DNA of 61,389 nt. Source: Candidatus Desulfacyla euxinica. Lineage in GTDB: Bacteria; Desulfobacterota; DSM-4660; Desulfatiglandales; Desulfatiglandaceae. Under the pieces are notes generated by a model that ran no database searches, was not told the origin of the DNA, and saw only the letters and a list, made by a program, of their open reading frames with translations. A program made the position numbers and the translations under genes. The stretch spans positions 1 through 61,389 of the forward strand of contig JACNJD010000124.1 of assembly GCA_014382715.1 (NCBI GenBank). The letters are read 5' to 3'. Position 1 is the first letter of the stretch, and every line of letters starts with the position of its first letter. Positions 1-8,832 of this stretch are shown here, one piece after another.

Positions 1-2391
1 GACCGTTGTGTACGAAGATTGAGTTGTGAACGTAGAATCCCATCCGCCTTGAAGGATCAGTGACTTAGATTCGTTTAGCACAATGGATTCAGTATAATCT
101 CCTTGGGCTATCAATATAGCAGCTCCGGTGGTTGCTGCATCAATGGCGTCCTGAATTGAGTTGTAACACGGAGTTTTCTCCCCGCAATCCGCGCTGATGC
201 TTACGTATGAATATGAGACAGTATCAAGCTTTGTAACAAAGGCATCAGCGTTACCCGCGTAGGTTTCCTGATACGGGTTTTGCGTCGGAAAGTTGGTGGA
301 ATAGGTAAATCCTGTGACATAGGCGTTCCCTGATCCGTCTACGGCTATTGCATGTCCATAATCCGAATCACTTCCCCCCATATAAGTGGAGCAGGAAAGG
401 GAGCTTCCAGATGTAGAAAGTTTAGTTATGAAGGCATCTGTATCACCGGCGTAGGTTCCCTGATACGGGTTTTGCGTGGGAAAGTCGCTGGACCCGGTAT
501 GTCCTGTGACATAGGCGTTCCCGGAGCTGTCTACAGCTATTCCGTAACCATAATCCCAACCAGTTCCCCCCAAATAGGTGGAGTAAGAAAGACTGCTGCC
601 AGATGATGAAAGTTTAGTTATGAACACATCTGTGTTATCGCCCGAAGAACCGTCAAGGTTGCCCTGATACGCATTGTGTATGGGGAAGTCGTGGGAAGTG
701 GTAGTTCCTATGACATATGCATTTCCTGAGTCGTCTACGGCTATGCCGTTTCCCGAATCCACATGCCGTCCTCCTAAATAGGTAGAATAGGAAAGGGCGT
801 CGCCTGTTGGGGAAAGCTTGGTTATGAAGGCATCACTCCATCCATAGCCCCCATATGTTCTCTGATAGGGGTTTTGGGTAGGAAAATTGGTGGAATCGGT
901 AATTCCGGTGATATAGGCGTTCCCTGAGCCGTCTACTGCTATTCCAGTTCCAACATCTATATCGCTTCCCCCGAGATAGGTGGAGTAGGAAAGGGCACTT
1001 CCAGATGAGGAAAGCTTCGTTATGAAGGCATCTGTATCACCGGCGTTGGTTCCCTGATACGGGTCTTGCGTTGGAAAGTCTGTGGAATGGGTTCGCCCTG
1101 TGATATAGGCGTTTCCTGAGCCGTCTACTGCTATTCCATCTCCAAAATCGGAACCGCCTCCCCCTAGATAGGTGGAGTAGGAAAGAGCACTTCCAGATGA
1201 GGAAAGCTTCGTTATGAAGGCATCTGTATCACCGGCGGTGGTTTCCTGATACGGGTTCTGCGTGGGAAAGTTGGTGGAATTGGTTCGTCCTGTGACATAG
1301 GCGTTTCCTAAACTGTCTACGGATATTCCTAATCCCCGATCGGAACTGCTTCCCCCTAGATAGGTGGAGTAGGAAAGGGCGCTTCCAGATGAGGTAAGCT
1401 TGGTTACGAAGGCATCTGTATCACCGTCGAAAGTTCCCTGATATGGGTTTTGCGTGGGAAAGTTGGTGGAATTGGTATATCCTGTGAGATAGGCGTTTCC
1501 TGAACTGTCTACTGCTATTCCAGTTCCAGCATCACTACTGCTCCCACCCAGATAGGTGGAGTAAGAAAGGGTGGGATCAATGATAAGGGGATAGGAGGGG
1601 TTGTAGGAGGCGACCTGGAAGCCGTATGAGAATTTTCGGGTTTGGGATTGACTGGCAGGGCTCCGAATCTCAAAGCTTCCATCCACCGACCTTTCTCCTT
1701 CTATCTCCTGATAAATATAGGGCCTGGTCTCCTTGAGTTCCCCAAAGGCGGTCGCTATCAGGAGTTCCCCTTCCCCGTTTGTTGCGATCCCTTCTATTCC
1801 ATTGTAGGTCAATAAAATATCACCGGGATTCCCGCCCGGATTTACAATAAATTCATATTCGATGTCCTTGCCGTTTCCAAATATCTTCAGGTCTATCCCT
1901 TTGTAAACCCCTTTGTAAACGACGCCTTTATAGGTGGGAATGCCTCTCTTCCACTTGTTCCTGTCATTGCCTACAAAATAGTTGATCCTGGCGTCTTGAC
2001 GATCCAGGCCCTCTATCAAGATCCCTTCCCGGGCATTTTCAAACCCCAGGTTGAACACCAGTCGCTCTGTTTTCACCCCTTTGGTTTGACGGCTTTTTTT
2101 TGCGACCTCTGTGCCCTTCCCGGTCTCCTTTTCTCCGCGAAGAAGGTCGAATACGATCCCCTCATCAGTAAAATAGAGGGTCTGCCCGGATGTCTTGACA
2201 TAAAACCTGACTTTAGGATCAAGCTGCCCCTTGTTTTCAATAAAATAAAGCGGCAGTTTGCTATAGGCCTTCAGGGTGCTCTCCTTATCAGCCTTTTCCG
2301 GCGGGGTAGCCCCAGAAACAGCGAGGAATGATACTGAAAACAGAAGCAAAAAGATTGCCGTCAGGACACTTAATCCAAGCCTTGTCTTCAT
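1..2391 (-). CDS. Secreted SBBP beta-propeller repeat protein; the C-terminal part runs off the window start
   Basis: Absent from the ORF track because there is no stop codon in the window. Reverse-strand ATG at 2391..2389 is preceded by GGAG. Translation starts MKTRLGLSVLTAIFLLLFSVSFLAVSG (signal peptide). It continues with at least 7 tandem 64-67 aa units of the form YSTYLGGSxxDxGxGIAVDxSGNAYVTGxTxSxNFPTQNPYQ..DAFVTKL, which is SBBP-like. Positions 186..1 then encode CGEKTPCYNSIQDAIDAA..QGDY..GGWDSTFTTQSS. The frame stays open for all 797 codons. Confidence 0.85.
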   Translation of the reverse strand, partial: MKTRLGLSVLTAIFLLLFSVSFLAVSGATPPEKADKESTLKAYSKLPLYFIENKGQLDPKVRFYVKTSGQTLYFTDEGIVFDLLRGEKETGKGTEVAKKSRQTKGVKTERLVFNLGFENAREGILIEGLDRQDARINYFVGNDRNKWKRGIPTYKGVVYKGVYKGIDLKIFGNGKDIEYEFIVNPGGNPGDILLTYNGIEGIATNGEGELLIATAFGELKETRPYIYQEIEGERSVDGSFEIRSPASQSQTRKFSYGFQVASYNPSYPLIIDPTLSYSTYLGGSSSDAGTGIAVDSSGNAYLTGYTNSTNFPTQNPYQGTFDGDTDAFVTKLTSSGSALSYSTYLGGSSSDRGLGISVDSLGNAYVTGRTNSTNFPTQNPYQETTAGDTDAFITKLSSSGSALSYSTYLGGGGSDFGDGIAVDGSGNAYITGRTHSTDFPTQDPYQGTNAGDTDAFITKLSSSGSALSYSTYLGGSDIDVGTGIAVDGSGNAYITGITDSTNFPTQNPYQRTYGGYGWSDAFITKLSPTGDALSYSTYLGGRHVDSGNGIAVDDSGNAYVIGTTTSHDFPIHNAYQGNLDGSSGDNTDVFITKLSSSGSSLSYSTYLGGTGWDYGYGIAVDSSGNAYVTGHTGSSDFPTQNPYQGTYAGDTDAFITKLSTSGSSLSCSTYMGGSDSDYGHAIAVDGSGNAYVTGFTYSTNFPTQNPYQETYAGNADAFVTKLDTVSYSYVSISADCGEKTPCYNSIQDAIDAATTGAAILIAQGDYTESIVLNESKSLILQGGWDSTFTTQSSYTTV
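240..1570 (-). repeat. Tandem coding repeats with a 192-198 bp period (the SBBP units)
   Basis: The motif aaggcatctgtatcaccg recurs at 431, 1025, 1217 and 1409. Spacings are 192 bp for the last three and average 198 bp for the earlier ones. Units at about 980-1170 and 1172-1362 are near-identical at the DNA level by eye. Confidence 0.8.
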
Positions 2392-2969
2392 GATATCTCC
2401 TTCTTGTGCAAGAGTTTGTTAAAATGGCGGAATTGGTTCCAATACCAGCGAAGGCTACTGTGGAATCTCTGAGACGTCCATAAAATCATAAACTTCAGCA
2501 TCTATCTCAAAGAGTGGTATTGCCTTGGATACCGGCAGAAAAAATCCCGCCTCTCACTGAAGAGTAACAAAGTTCTGGGAGGGTATAGGCCATTTCTAAA
2601 CCTCTTTCGCCTCTCGGGGGCTGAAAGGAGAAGATCTCTTTAAAAATGGTGCCGGAACTTTGTATCCATTCAGAAATATTGCCTATTTTTTACACACACA
2701 TCTTTTAGAAGTCAACGAAAATCACAGTGGTCAGTGGTTAGTGAACGGCGAACCCCCGAGGGTCCGGTTTTTCTGCCCCTCTGTCTTTATCCCATCCACC
2801 AAGTCTCCTGATCAAACCACAGCCTACCGGCGCAGGACGCGCCTTCCTATCGAAATTCCTTTTTCAACATACCGCCGATATTCCAAGTTGTGCGTCAAGG
2901 GCAAAAGAACCATTCATTGTCTCTTTACAGATTGTCCAAAGTACCGTAAAAGAATATTTATAAGGTTAT

Positions 2970-2998
2970 TTGACATCTTTCATAAGGACGTAATAATA
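2970..2998 (+). promoter_or_regulatory. Candidate sigma70-like promoter for the 3085.. operon
   Basis: TTGACA at 2970..2975, a 17-nt spacer, then ATAATA at 2993..2998, about 90 nt upstream of the 3085 start. Pattern match only. Confidence 0.35.
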
Positions 2999-3011
2999 GT
3001 TTACAATTTTT

Positions 3012-3045
3012 TTGTCTGCCTTTGTCTGTGTGGGTCTGTGGCTAA
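3012..3045 (+). repeat. 34-nt gtctg-word element, copy 1 (partner at 27608..27641)
   Basis: ttgtctgcctttgtctgtgtgggtctgtggctaa compared with ttgtctgcgtatgtctgtgtgtgtctgcggctaa. Same orientation, about 85 percent identical by eye. Confidence 0.7.
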
Positions 3046-3084
3046 TTTTGTTGTTTTCAGGTCAAGCCAATTTGCCTGGAAGGT

Positions 3085-3549
3085 ATGGCACATAACCTCA
3101 GTATGCCGGGAGAAAACCCAATGGTAACCGTTGATATCGAGGAACTCCTGCCCCATCGAAATGGTATGAAGCTCATTGACAGCATAATTGAGGTTGATAA
3201 AGAGGGTGCTGTCTCAAAAGCTACGGTTACAGAAAAATGGCCTCTCATTGAAGGAGGATCCATAAATCCTATTGTCTTGATAGAACTCGTTGCTCAAACT
3301 GCGGGTATATGTATCGGATGGGAAGAACACAAGAAAAAGGGGGGAAATATCAAGGGGAAGGGATGGCTGGCAGGGGTAAAAGAGGCGCGCTTCTATTGCG
3401 AAAGCATACCTCTGGACAGCCAAATCATGACCGAGGTAAGAAGAGTCTTCGATTTTGAAAACTATCACGAGATTTTAGGTATGATAAGAGTAGACGGGGA
3501 ACTCGTTGGAAAGGTCAGTGTGCAAATCGTGAAATCGGTTCCGGGGTGA
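3085..3549 (+). CDS. Hotdog-fold (FabZ/FabA-like) 3-hydroxyacyl thioester dehydratase
   Basis: 154 aa. Contains LLPHRNGMKLIDSIIEV..INPIVLIELVAQTAG, as in FabZ-like and aryl-polyene-type dehydratases. Its stop overlaps the next gene. Confidence 0.7.
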   Translation: MAHNLSMPGENPMVTVDIEELLPHRNGMKLIDSIIEVDKEGAVSKATVTEKWPLIEGGSINPIVLIELVAQTAGICIGWEEHKKKGGNIKGKGWLAGVKEARFYCESIPLDSQIMTEVRRVFDFENYHEILGMIRVDGELVGKVSVQIVKSVPG

Positions 3550-3554
3550 GGAAT

Positions 3555-4292
3555 ATGAGCAATAAGAATGAAGCAAAAGTTGCTGTTATTACCGGCGGGA
3601 GCAGAGGGATAGGTCGCGCCATATGTGTTGAGCTTGCAAAGGATGGCTTCTATATTATCATCAATTTCAGATCGGACGATGAAGCGGCTGCAGATACCCT
3701 GAGAATGGTAAGGGATAACGGGGGAGATGGGGAAACAGCCGGGTTTGATGTTTCAAATTCTGAAGATGTTAAAAAAGCCATAGATGAGATAACCGGTCGC
3801 TTTGAAAATATCGAAGTGCTGGTGAATAATGCAGGAATAACGGCAGATGGATTATTCGTGTTCATGACCGAGGATGAGTGGGACTCGGTAATCAATACGA
3901 GCCTGAAAGGATTTTATAATATTACACGTCCGATTCTTGAAAAAATGGTGGGGAGAAAAAGGGGGAGTATCGTATCGATTTCGTCCCTGTCAGGTCTTAT
4001 TGGTCATAGGGGGCAGGCAAATTACTCGGCTGCAAAGGCAGGTTTGATAGGCACAAGCCGTGCGATCGCAACCGAGGTTGCCAGGATCGGTATTCGTGTC
4101 AATGTTGTTGCGCCGGGGCTTATTAAAACAGAGATGATCAAGGATGTTCCCAAGGATTTCATAAAAGGGGCGATACCAATGGCAAGGGTGGGGAGACCGG
4201 AGGAGGTGGCAAGGGTTGTCAGGTTTCTCTGCTCTGAAGATGCTTCCTATATTACCGGCCAGGTTATTTCGGTGAATGGAGGAATGTACTGA
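3555..4292 (+). CDS. fabG: 3-oxoacyl-ACP reductase (short-chain dehydrogenase/reductase family)
   Basis: Contains VAVITGGSRGIGRA (TGxxxGIG), NNAG, and SS..YSAAKAG (the Ser-Tyr-Lys triad region). ATG 3555 is preferred over GTG 3546. Confidence 0.85.
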   Translation: MSNKNEAKVAVITGGSRGIGRAICVELAKDGFYIIINFRSDDEAAADTLRMVRDNGGDGETAGFDVSNSEDVKKAIDEITGRFENIEVLVNNAGITADGLFVFMTEDEWDSVINTSLKGFYNITRPILEKMVGRKRGSIVSISSLSGLIGHRGQANYSAAKAGLIGTSRAIATEVARIGIRVNVVAPGLIKTEMIKDVPKDFIKGAIPMARVGRPEEVARVVRFLCSEDASYITGQVISVNGGMY

Positions 4293-4297
4293 AAGGG

Positions 4298-4332
4298 AAA
4301 ATGCCTAAAGTGAGCTAAAATGCCTAAAATTA
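4298..4332 (+). repeat. gtgMctaaa-word array
   Basis: Sequence is aaatgcctaaagtgagctaaaatgcctaaaatt. It overlaps the first possible ATG (4320) of the next ORF. Confidence 0.7.
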
Positions 4333-4946
4333 ATAATATGAAGATATTACGGATGCTCGCCATTGTTCTTGCTGGCTTCATATTTATAGGCTGGAGTAAA
4401 GACTGGGATCAGCTCAGAGAGGATGCAGGACAGATAAATACAATCAGCGCTGATTTTGTCCAGGAAAAGCACCTGCAGATTCTATCAAGGCCCCTCATAT
4501 CAAAGGGGATATTCTACTATGAGGTGCCGGGGTCACTCAGGTGGGAATATCAATCTCCCATAAGGAGCATCCTGCTCATGCATGAAGGGAAGGTAACCCG
4601 GTACATATGGGGGGAAAACGGCTTCAGGAGGGATTCAGGCCTAAGCCTTCAGGCAATGCAGATTGTTCTGGAAGAGATTACCATGTGGCTTAGGGGGCAT
4701 TTTGCTGAAAACCCTGACTTTACCGCCTCCCTCGAGCCAGACCATAAAATTGTGCTCACCCCAAAGAAAAAGGCGTTCTCCGCAATCATTAGAAATATTG
4801 AGTTGATTTTTTCAAACCGGCCCGGAGTAATCAAATCTGTTACCATATACGAAGGAGAGAAGTCCTTTACAAGGATTATATTTAAAAACGTAAGGGTTAA
4901 TGAGGTATTGAAGGGGGCCGTGTTCAGAGAAAGTGATCTAAAGTGA
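4320..4946 (+). CDS. LolA-like outer-membrane lipoprotein carrier family protein
   Basis: 208 aa with an N-terminal hydrophobic segment. Contains ISADFVQEKHLQILSRPLISKGIFYY..PGSLRWEY, the typical LolA-like pattern. The start may be ATG 4338, because 4320 lies inside a repeat array. Confidence 0.6.
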   Translation: MPKINNMKILRMLAIVLAGFIFIGWSKDWDQLREDAGQINTISADFVQEKHLQILSRPLISKGIFYYEVPGSLRWEYQSPIRSILLMHEGKVTRYIWGENGFRRDSGLSLQAMQIVLEEITMWLRGHFAENPDFTASLEPDHKIVLTPKKKAFSAIIRNIELIFSNRPGVIKSVTIYEGEKSFTRIIFKNVRVNEVLKGAVFRESDLK

Positions 4947-4957
4947 CTAAAGTTAAA
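4931..4957 (+). repeat. gtgMctaaa-word array overlapping the stop of the LolA-like gene
   Basis: Sequence is aagtgatctaaagtgactaaagttaaa. The last codons and the TGA of the CDS are part of the array. Confidence 0.7.
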
Positions 4958-4963
4958 AGTTTC

Positions 4964-5062
4964 GTCATTCCCGCGAACGCGGGAATCCAGGAAAATCAAT
5001 CCCGCCTATCATGGCGGGAGACTTCTGCATTCGCTGGAGTGACGGCCTTGGAGGCTTTTTAC
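4964..5062 (+). repeat. Composite REP/MITE-like element, copy A (partner at 61233..61329)
   Basis: Contains the hairpin gtcattcccgcgaacgcgggaatccag, the hairpin atcccgcctatcatggcggga, and then ggagtgacggccttggaggctttttac. The order and orientation match the copy at the right end of the window. Confidence 0.8.
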
Positions 5063-5086
5063 TCTTACAACGACACTTATCACTCT

Positions 5087-5113
5087 GTCATTCCGGCGAA
5101 AGCCGGAATCCAG
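5087..5113 (+). repeat. REP-like hairpin unit
   Basis: Sequence is gtcattccggcgaaagccggaatccag, with a perfect CCGG..CCGG stem. It is the same family as 4964..4990 and 61233..61259. Confidence 0.75.
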
Positions 5114-5167
5114 TCAGAGCGATCCTGAAGATGGCTATTTTGGTTCCATGGTGATAGGTGGACTACT

Positions 5168-5193
5168 GGATGCCGGATCAAGTCCGGCATGAC
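5168..5193 (-). repeat. REP-like hairpin unit, inverted orientation
   Basis: The forward sequence ggatgccggatcaagtccggcatgac is the reverse complement of a gtcatgccgg..ccggcatcc unit. Confidence 0.6.
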
Positions 5194-5266
5194 AGAATAT
5201 AAAATTTGGCGTCACCAGTAACTGTCGTTGTAGGGTTACGAGGCCATCAAACTTTAGGCACTTAAA

Positions 5267-5947
5267 ATGAAACATATCAACCTATTCCTCAGCATCCTGC
5301 TGTTTACGATTTCGTGCGGCGGTATCCCAAAACTTCAACCGCTGAATTCATCGCAAATCCCCGCTGTCCAAATGAGCTGCGGGCTCCCCTTTCCAAAAGG
5401 TAACTGGCAATTTATCCATTCCATCGAGGCAACAATGCCGGGGGGGACTGCCTCTGTAATCGGGATATCGGATATTTCATCTGAACTCGAGACTATCCAT
5501 TGTATAATCATGTCAATCGAGGGATTGGTGCTGTTTGACGGAGTTTATAAGGGGAAGGTGGTTATTAACAGGGGGATTCAGCCCTTTGATTCGAAAGAAT
5601 TCGCCAAAGGCCTTATGAATGACATAAGAATGGTATTTTTCCCGCCGGTGGGAGAACTGAGGGCTACCGGCATCTTGAGTAATGGGTCCCATGTCTGCCG
5701 CTACACGAATGATACCACGACCATCGTTGATGTAATAATAGATCCAAATCATAACTGGGAAATACGTCAATACGGGAAGGGCAGCCTAAACCGGTCTGTT
5801 AAGGCATATTTCAAAGAAAGGGCCGTTGACGGGATTCAAAAAGCCTTTCCCGGACGGATAGAACTCTCCGTGAACGAGGACCCTGGTTATGCGTTGACAT
5901 TGAGGCTGATAAGAGCAGAGCCTTTAGGTTCGGACACCGTCAAATAG
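5267..5947 (+). CDS. Probable lipoprotein of unknown function, possibly the DUF3261-like type found in aryl-polyene clusters
   Basis: Starts MKHINLFLSILLFTISCGG, a signal peptide with a Cys. There is no catalytic motif. The DUF3261 assignment comes from memory of the family pattern only. Confidence 0.45.
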   Translation: MKHINLFLSILLFTISCGGIPKLQPLNSSQIPAVQMSCGLPFPKGNWQFIHSIEATMPGGTASVIGISDISSELETIHCIIMSIEGLVLFDGVYKGKVVINRGIQPFDSKEFAKGLMNDIRMVFFPPVGELRATGILSNGSHVCRYTNDTTTIVDVIIDPNHNWEIRQYGKGSLNRSVKAYFKERAVDGIQKAFPGRIELSVNEDPGYALTLRLIRAEPLGSDTVK

Positions 5948-6044
5948 TTAAGTGGTTGAGTCGTTGAGTTGGAAAATAGGGTGTGAATTCGACTAATAAT
6001 TATCACTTAACTACTCAACAACTTAACTACTCAACCACTCAACG
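5946..6044. repeat. Inverted pair of gttgagt-word arrays (potential long imperfect hairpin)
   Basis: 5946..5972 reads agttaagtggttgagtcgttgagttgg. It faces 6004..6044, cacttaactactcaacaacttaactactcaaccactcaacg. The pair lies between two co-directional genes. Confidence 0.7.
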
Positions 6045-6058
6045 AGGTCTTCATTTGT

Positions 6059-7330
6059 ATGAAATTCAGACTTATTTATCCAAGATGGCCAAAACTTGAA
6101 AGGCAAACCGAGTTTCATCTGCCCCCCCACGGCCCGGTTGTCTTTGCCGCAGCCCTGCCTGATTATGTGGAAGTGGAATTCATCGACGAAAATCTGGAGG
6201 CTATCAATTTCGATGACCCGGTCGATTTTGTGGGGATATCCATGATGCTGACCATCCAGGCAGGAAGGGGGTGGGAGATTGCCGACACATATAGAAAAAG
6301 GGGTGTAAAGGTAATTTTTGGCGGGATCTCCACCATGCTTCATGCAGAAGAAACCATTAACCATGCCGATTCTGTCTTTATCGGTGAGGCAGAGGGAAGA
6401 ATGGAGAAGGTGTTCGCCGATTTCAGGGATGGAACATTGCAGAAGGTTTATGATTATTTAGATGACAGGCCACCCATCGAAACTGTCGGAACCGCACGGA
6501 GGGATATCCTCAACAGGGACCTGTATCATTACAGAGGTGTGCAGATGGTTGATCTTGTCCATGCATCCAGGGGCTGTCGCTTTCATTGTTATCCATGTGC
6601 AGTGGCATATCTTGGGGGAAGGAAGTTCCGACCCCGACCCATCGATAAGGCTATAGCGGAAATGGAGAGTATAGATAATAACAGGCTGTTCATAGTGGAT
6701 AATTCGTTAGCGCAAGACACCGAGTGGGAGATGGACCTGTTCAGAGAGATGATTCCGCTAAAGAAAAAATGGTGCAGCCATCCCATTGAGGATAGGCCGG
6801 AGGTCCTTGATCTGGCAGCCCAGGCAGGCGCGTGGTATGTTTATCAGGCAGTCTTTGATACCTCTGACTATATAAAGGAGAGGATCAAGCGATATCATGC
6901 AAACGGGATAGGCGTAGAGGGGACCATCCTTCTCGGTCTTGACAATCACACAGAAGATTACATAAAGAGACTGATCGATTTTCTCCTTGAGATCGAACTC
7001 GATATGGCTGAGTTTACGGTTCTTACCCCCTTCCCCCACACAAAGGTCTTTGATGATTTTGTCCAACAGAAGAGGATATTTTCATATAACTGGAATGACT
7101 ATTCCGCCGACAAGGTGGTATATTATCCAAAACATATGTCACCGGAGAGACTCGAGGAGTTGTTTCATTATGCTTGGGATACCTTCTACAAAGATGAGCC
7201 CCAGGAGTTCAAGATGTTCAAGCTACTTCAGCAGGTGTCAAGGAGGGAAAAGGAAGATAATACATATAGACCGAGAAGACGGGATCTCGCGTCACAGGCA
7301 TATGGGAGAGACACACGACTGCTCTCCTAA
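6059..7330 (+). CDS. B12-binding-domain radical SAM protein
   Basis: 423 aa. The N-terminal part is a Rossmann-like B12 domain (VGISMMLT..VIFGG). It has the CRFHCYPC CX3CX2C cluster motif. Confidence 0.8.
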   Translation: MKFRLIYPRWPKLERQTEFHLPPHGPVVFAAALPDYVEVEFIDENLEAINFDDPVDFVGISMMLTIQAGRGWEIADTYRKRGVKVIFGGISTMLHAEETINHADSVFIGEAEGRMEKVFADFRDGTLQKVYDYLDDRPPIETVGTARRDILNRDLYHYRGVQMVDLVHASRGCRFHCYPCAVAYLGGRKFRPRPIDKAIAEMESIDNNRLFIVDNSLAQDTEWEMDLFREMIPLKKKWCSHPIEDRPEVLDLAAQAGAWYVYQAVFDTSDYIKERIKRYHANGIGVEGTILLGLDNHTEDYIKRLIDFLLEIELDMAEFTVLTPFPHTKVFDDFVQQKRIFSYNWNDYSADKVVYYPKHMSPERLEELFHYAWDTFYKDEPQEFKMFKLLQQVSRREKEDNTYRPRRRDLASQAYGRDTRLLS

Positions 7331-7359
7331 TGAGAGATCTTTCCCTTTTCATGCACTAT

Positions 7360-8829
7360 TTACGATCGGATATATTCCGCATAAACGGCCAGGCTGGCCA
7401 TGACGATTGCGGCGTCTTCCGGGCTGGGATAGCAGACATAACCCCTCTGCCCCAGCATAAGGGCCATCCGGCTTTCCAGATTTTCCACTGAGAAGGGCAA
7501 CTCAGAGGCGATGATGACCGGCTTCTGATAATGATGGGCCAACCCCATAAATTTATCAAAAACTTCACCTATCGTCTCTAACAGGACCTGGCACCGTTCC
7601 TCTACGGCTTCAGGGCCGGCCGAGGGTGGGAGAGGGTCAAGGGGTAAGGCCGGCATGATTCCCAGGAGCAGGATTCCATCAATCGTTAGGCATCTAAGCA
7701 GGCACTCCAGGGATTTCTCAAGGTGATCGGGCTTAAGACCGGCCACCAGATCTACCGGGTTGTTACGGCTCCACCATGCCGGAAGGAATTCATCCAGTTC
7801 CTGGATGGTCTCTTTTGATAGGGCAGGCACCTCAAGTCCTGCTTCGGCACAGGCATCTGCAGCCAGAACACCCCATCCGCCACCCGCTGTGACTATGCCC
7901 ACGCGTCTTCCCGCGGGCAATGGTTGTCCCACAAATCCGGCAGCAATATTGGTCAGGTCGTCCATGTTTCCGGCGCGGATAACACCCGCCTGGCTGCATA
8001 CCCCTTCAAAGGCCAGATCAGAGCCCGCCATGGCGGCGGTATGCGACTTTGCTGCCTTGGCACCGATCCTGGTAGCCCCCGCCTTGAGCATGATGATCGG
8101 CTTTTTCCGAGTCACCTCTTTAGCAGCAGCAAAAAAGCGTCGGCCGTCCCGGAACCCCTCGATATAACTGAGAATAACCCGGGTATCCAGGTCTTCTGAA
8201 AGGTATGTATAATAGTCTTCGCAGTGCAGGTCGGCCTCATTACCGCTGCTTACAAAGCGGCTGATCCCGAAACCCCTTTTCATCGCCCGCCGGGCGATGG
8301 AGGTGGCCACGTTTCCGCTTTGAGCCACCACGGCCATTGGGCCGGGTGGAAAGTAGATCGGCGGCATTGCAACATGCAGTTTCTCTGGAGGGCTCATGAT
8401 GCCGTTGCAATTGGGCCCCACAAGCAGCATGCCTCCTGCATGGGCCTGCTTGGCCATCTTTCTCTGGAGTCTCTCACCCTCTGTGCCGACTTCAGCAAAT
8501 CCCGCCGTGATCACTACGCCCACCTGGATCCCTTTGGCTACACATTCACCGATTACGGCCGGAACGGCCTGGGGCGGCACAACGATTACAACCAGATCCG
8601 GGATATCCGGGACATCTGCGATCCTCTTATATGCCCCTAACCCCTGTATTTGAGCCTCAGATGGGTTTATGGGATATATGGCTCCGGTAAAACCGCCGTT
8701 TATGAGATTGGCCAGTATAATAGAGCCCCATTTCCCGCGTTTATTAGAAGCGCCAATAAAGGCTACCGATTCGGGATGAAACAGCCTTTTTAATCTTTTA
8801 TTTTTTTCGGGCAGCGATAACATTTTCAT
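7360..8829 (-). CDS. CoA-binding, ADP-forming acyl-CoA synthetase alpha-type protein
   Basis: 489 aa. Contains SVAFIGAS..GKWG, VVIVVPP, GPNCNG and SQSGN, the motifs of NDP-forming acetyl-CoA synthetase alpha and succinyl-CoA-ligase-like domains. No ATP-grasp beta part is adjacent. The start is 3 nt after the nagZ stop. Confidence 0.7.
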   Translation of the reverse strand: MKMLSLPEKNKRLKRLFHPESVAFIGASNKRGKWGSIILANLINGGFTGAIYPINPSEAQIQGLGAYKRIADVPDIPDLVVIVVPPQAVPAVIGECVAKGIQVGVVITAGFAEVGTEGERLQRKMAKQAHAGGMLLVGPNCNGIMSPPEKLHVAMPPIYFPPGPMAVVAQSGNVATSIARRAMKRGFGISRFVSSGNEADLHCEDYYTYLSEDLDTRVILSYIEGFRDGRRFFAAAKEVTRKKPIIMLKAGATRIGAKAAKSHTAAMAGSDLAFEGVCSQAGVIRAGNMDDLTNIAAGFVGQPLPAGRRVGIVTAGGGWGVLAADACAEAGLEVPALSKETIQELDEFLPAWWSRNNPVDLVAGLKPDHLEKSLECLLRCLTIDGILLLGIMPALPLDPLPPSAGPEAVEERCQVLLETIGEVFDKFMGLAHHYQKPVIIASELPFSVENLESRMALMLGQRGYVCYPSPEDAAIVMASLAVYAEYIRS

Positions 8830-8832
8830 CTT

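Noticed and set aside
2660-3127. 155-aa TTG-start ORF in the gap upstream of the dehydratase gene
   Set aside because: It has low-complexity, Cys/Phe-rich composition. It runs through a word-repeat element and the promoter-like region, and it overlaps the 3085 start. It is probably non-coding.
4943-5128. 61-aa ORF (MTKVKSFVIPANAGIQ..VIPAKAGIQSERS)
   Set aside because: It is a read-through of stacked REP-like hairpin repeats. The repeated peptide is simply the hairpin translated, and there is no RBS.
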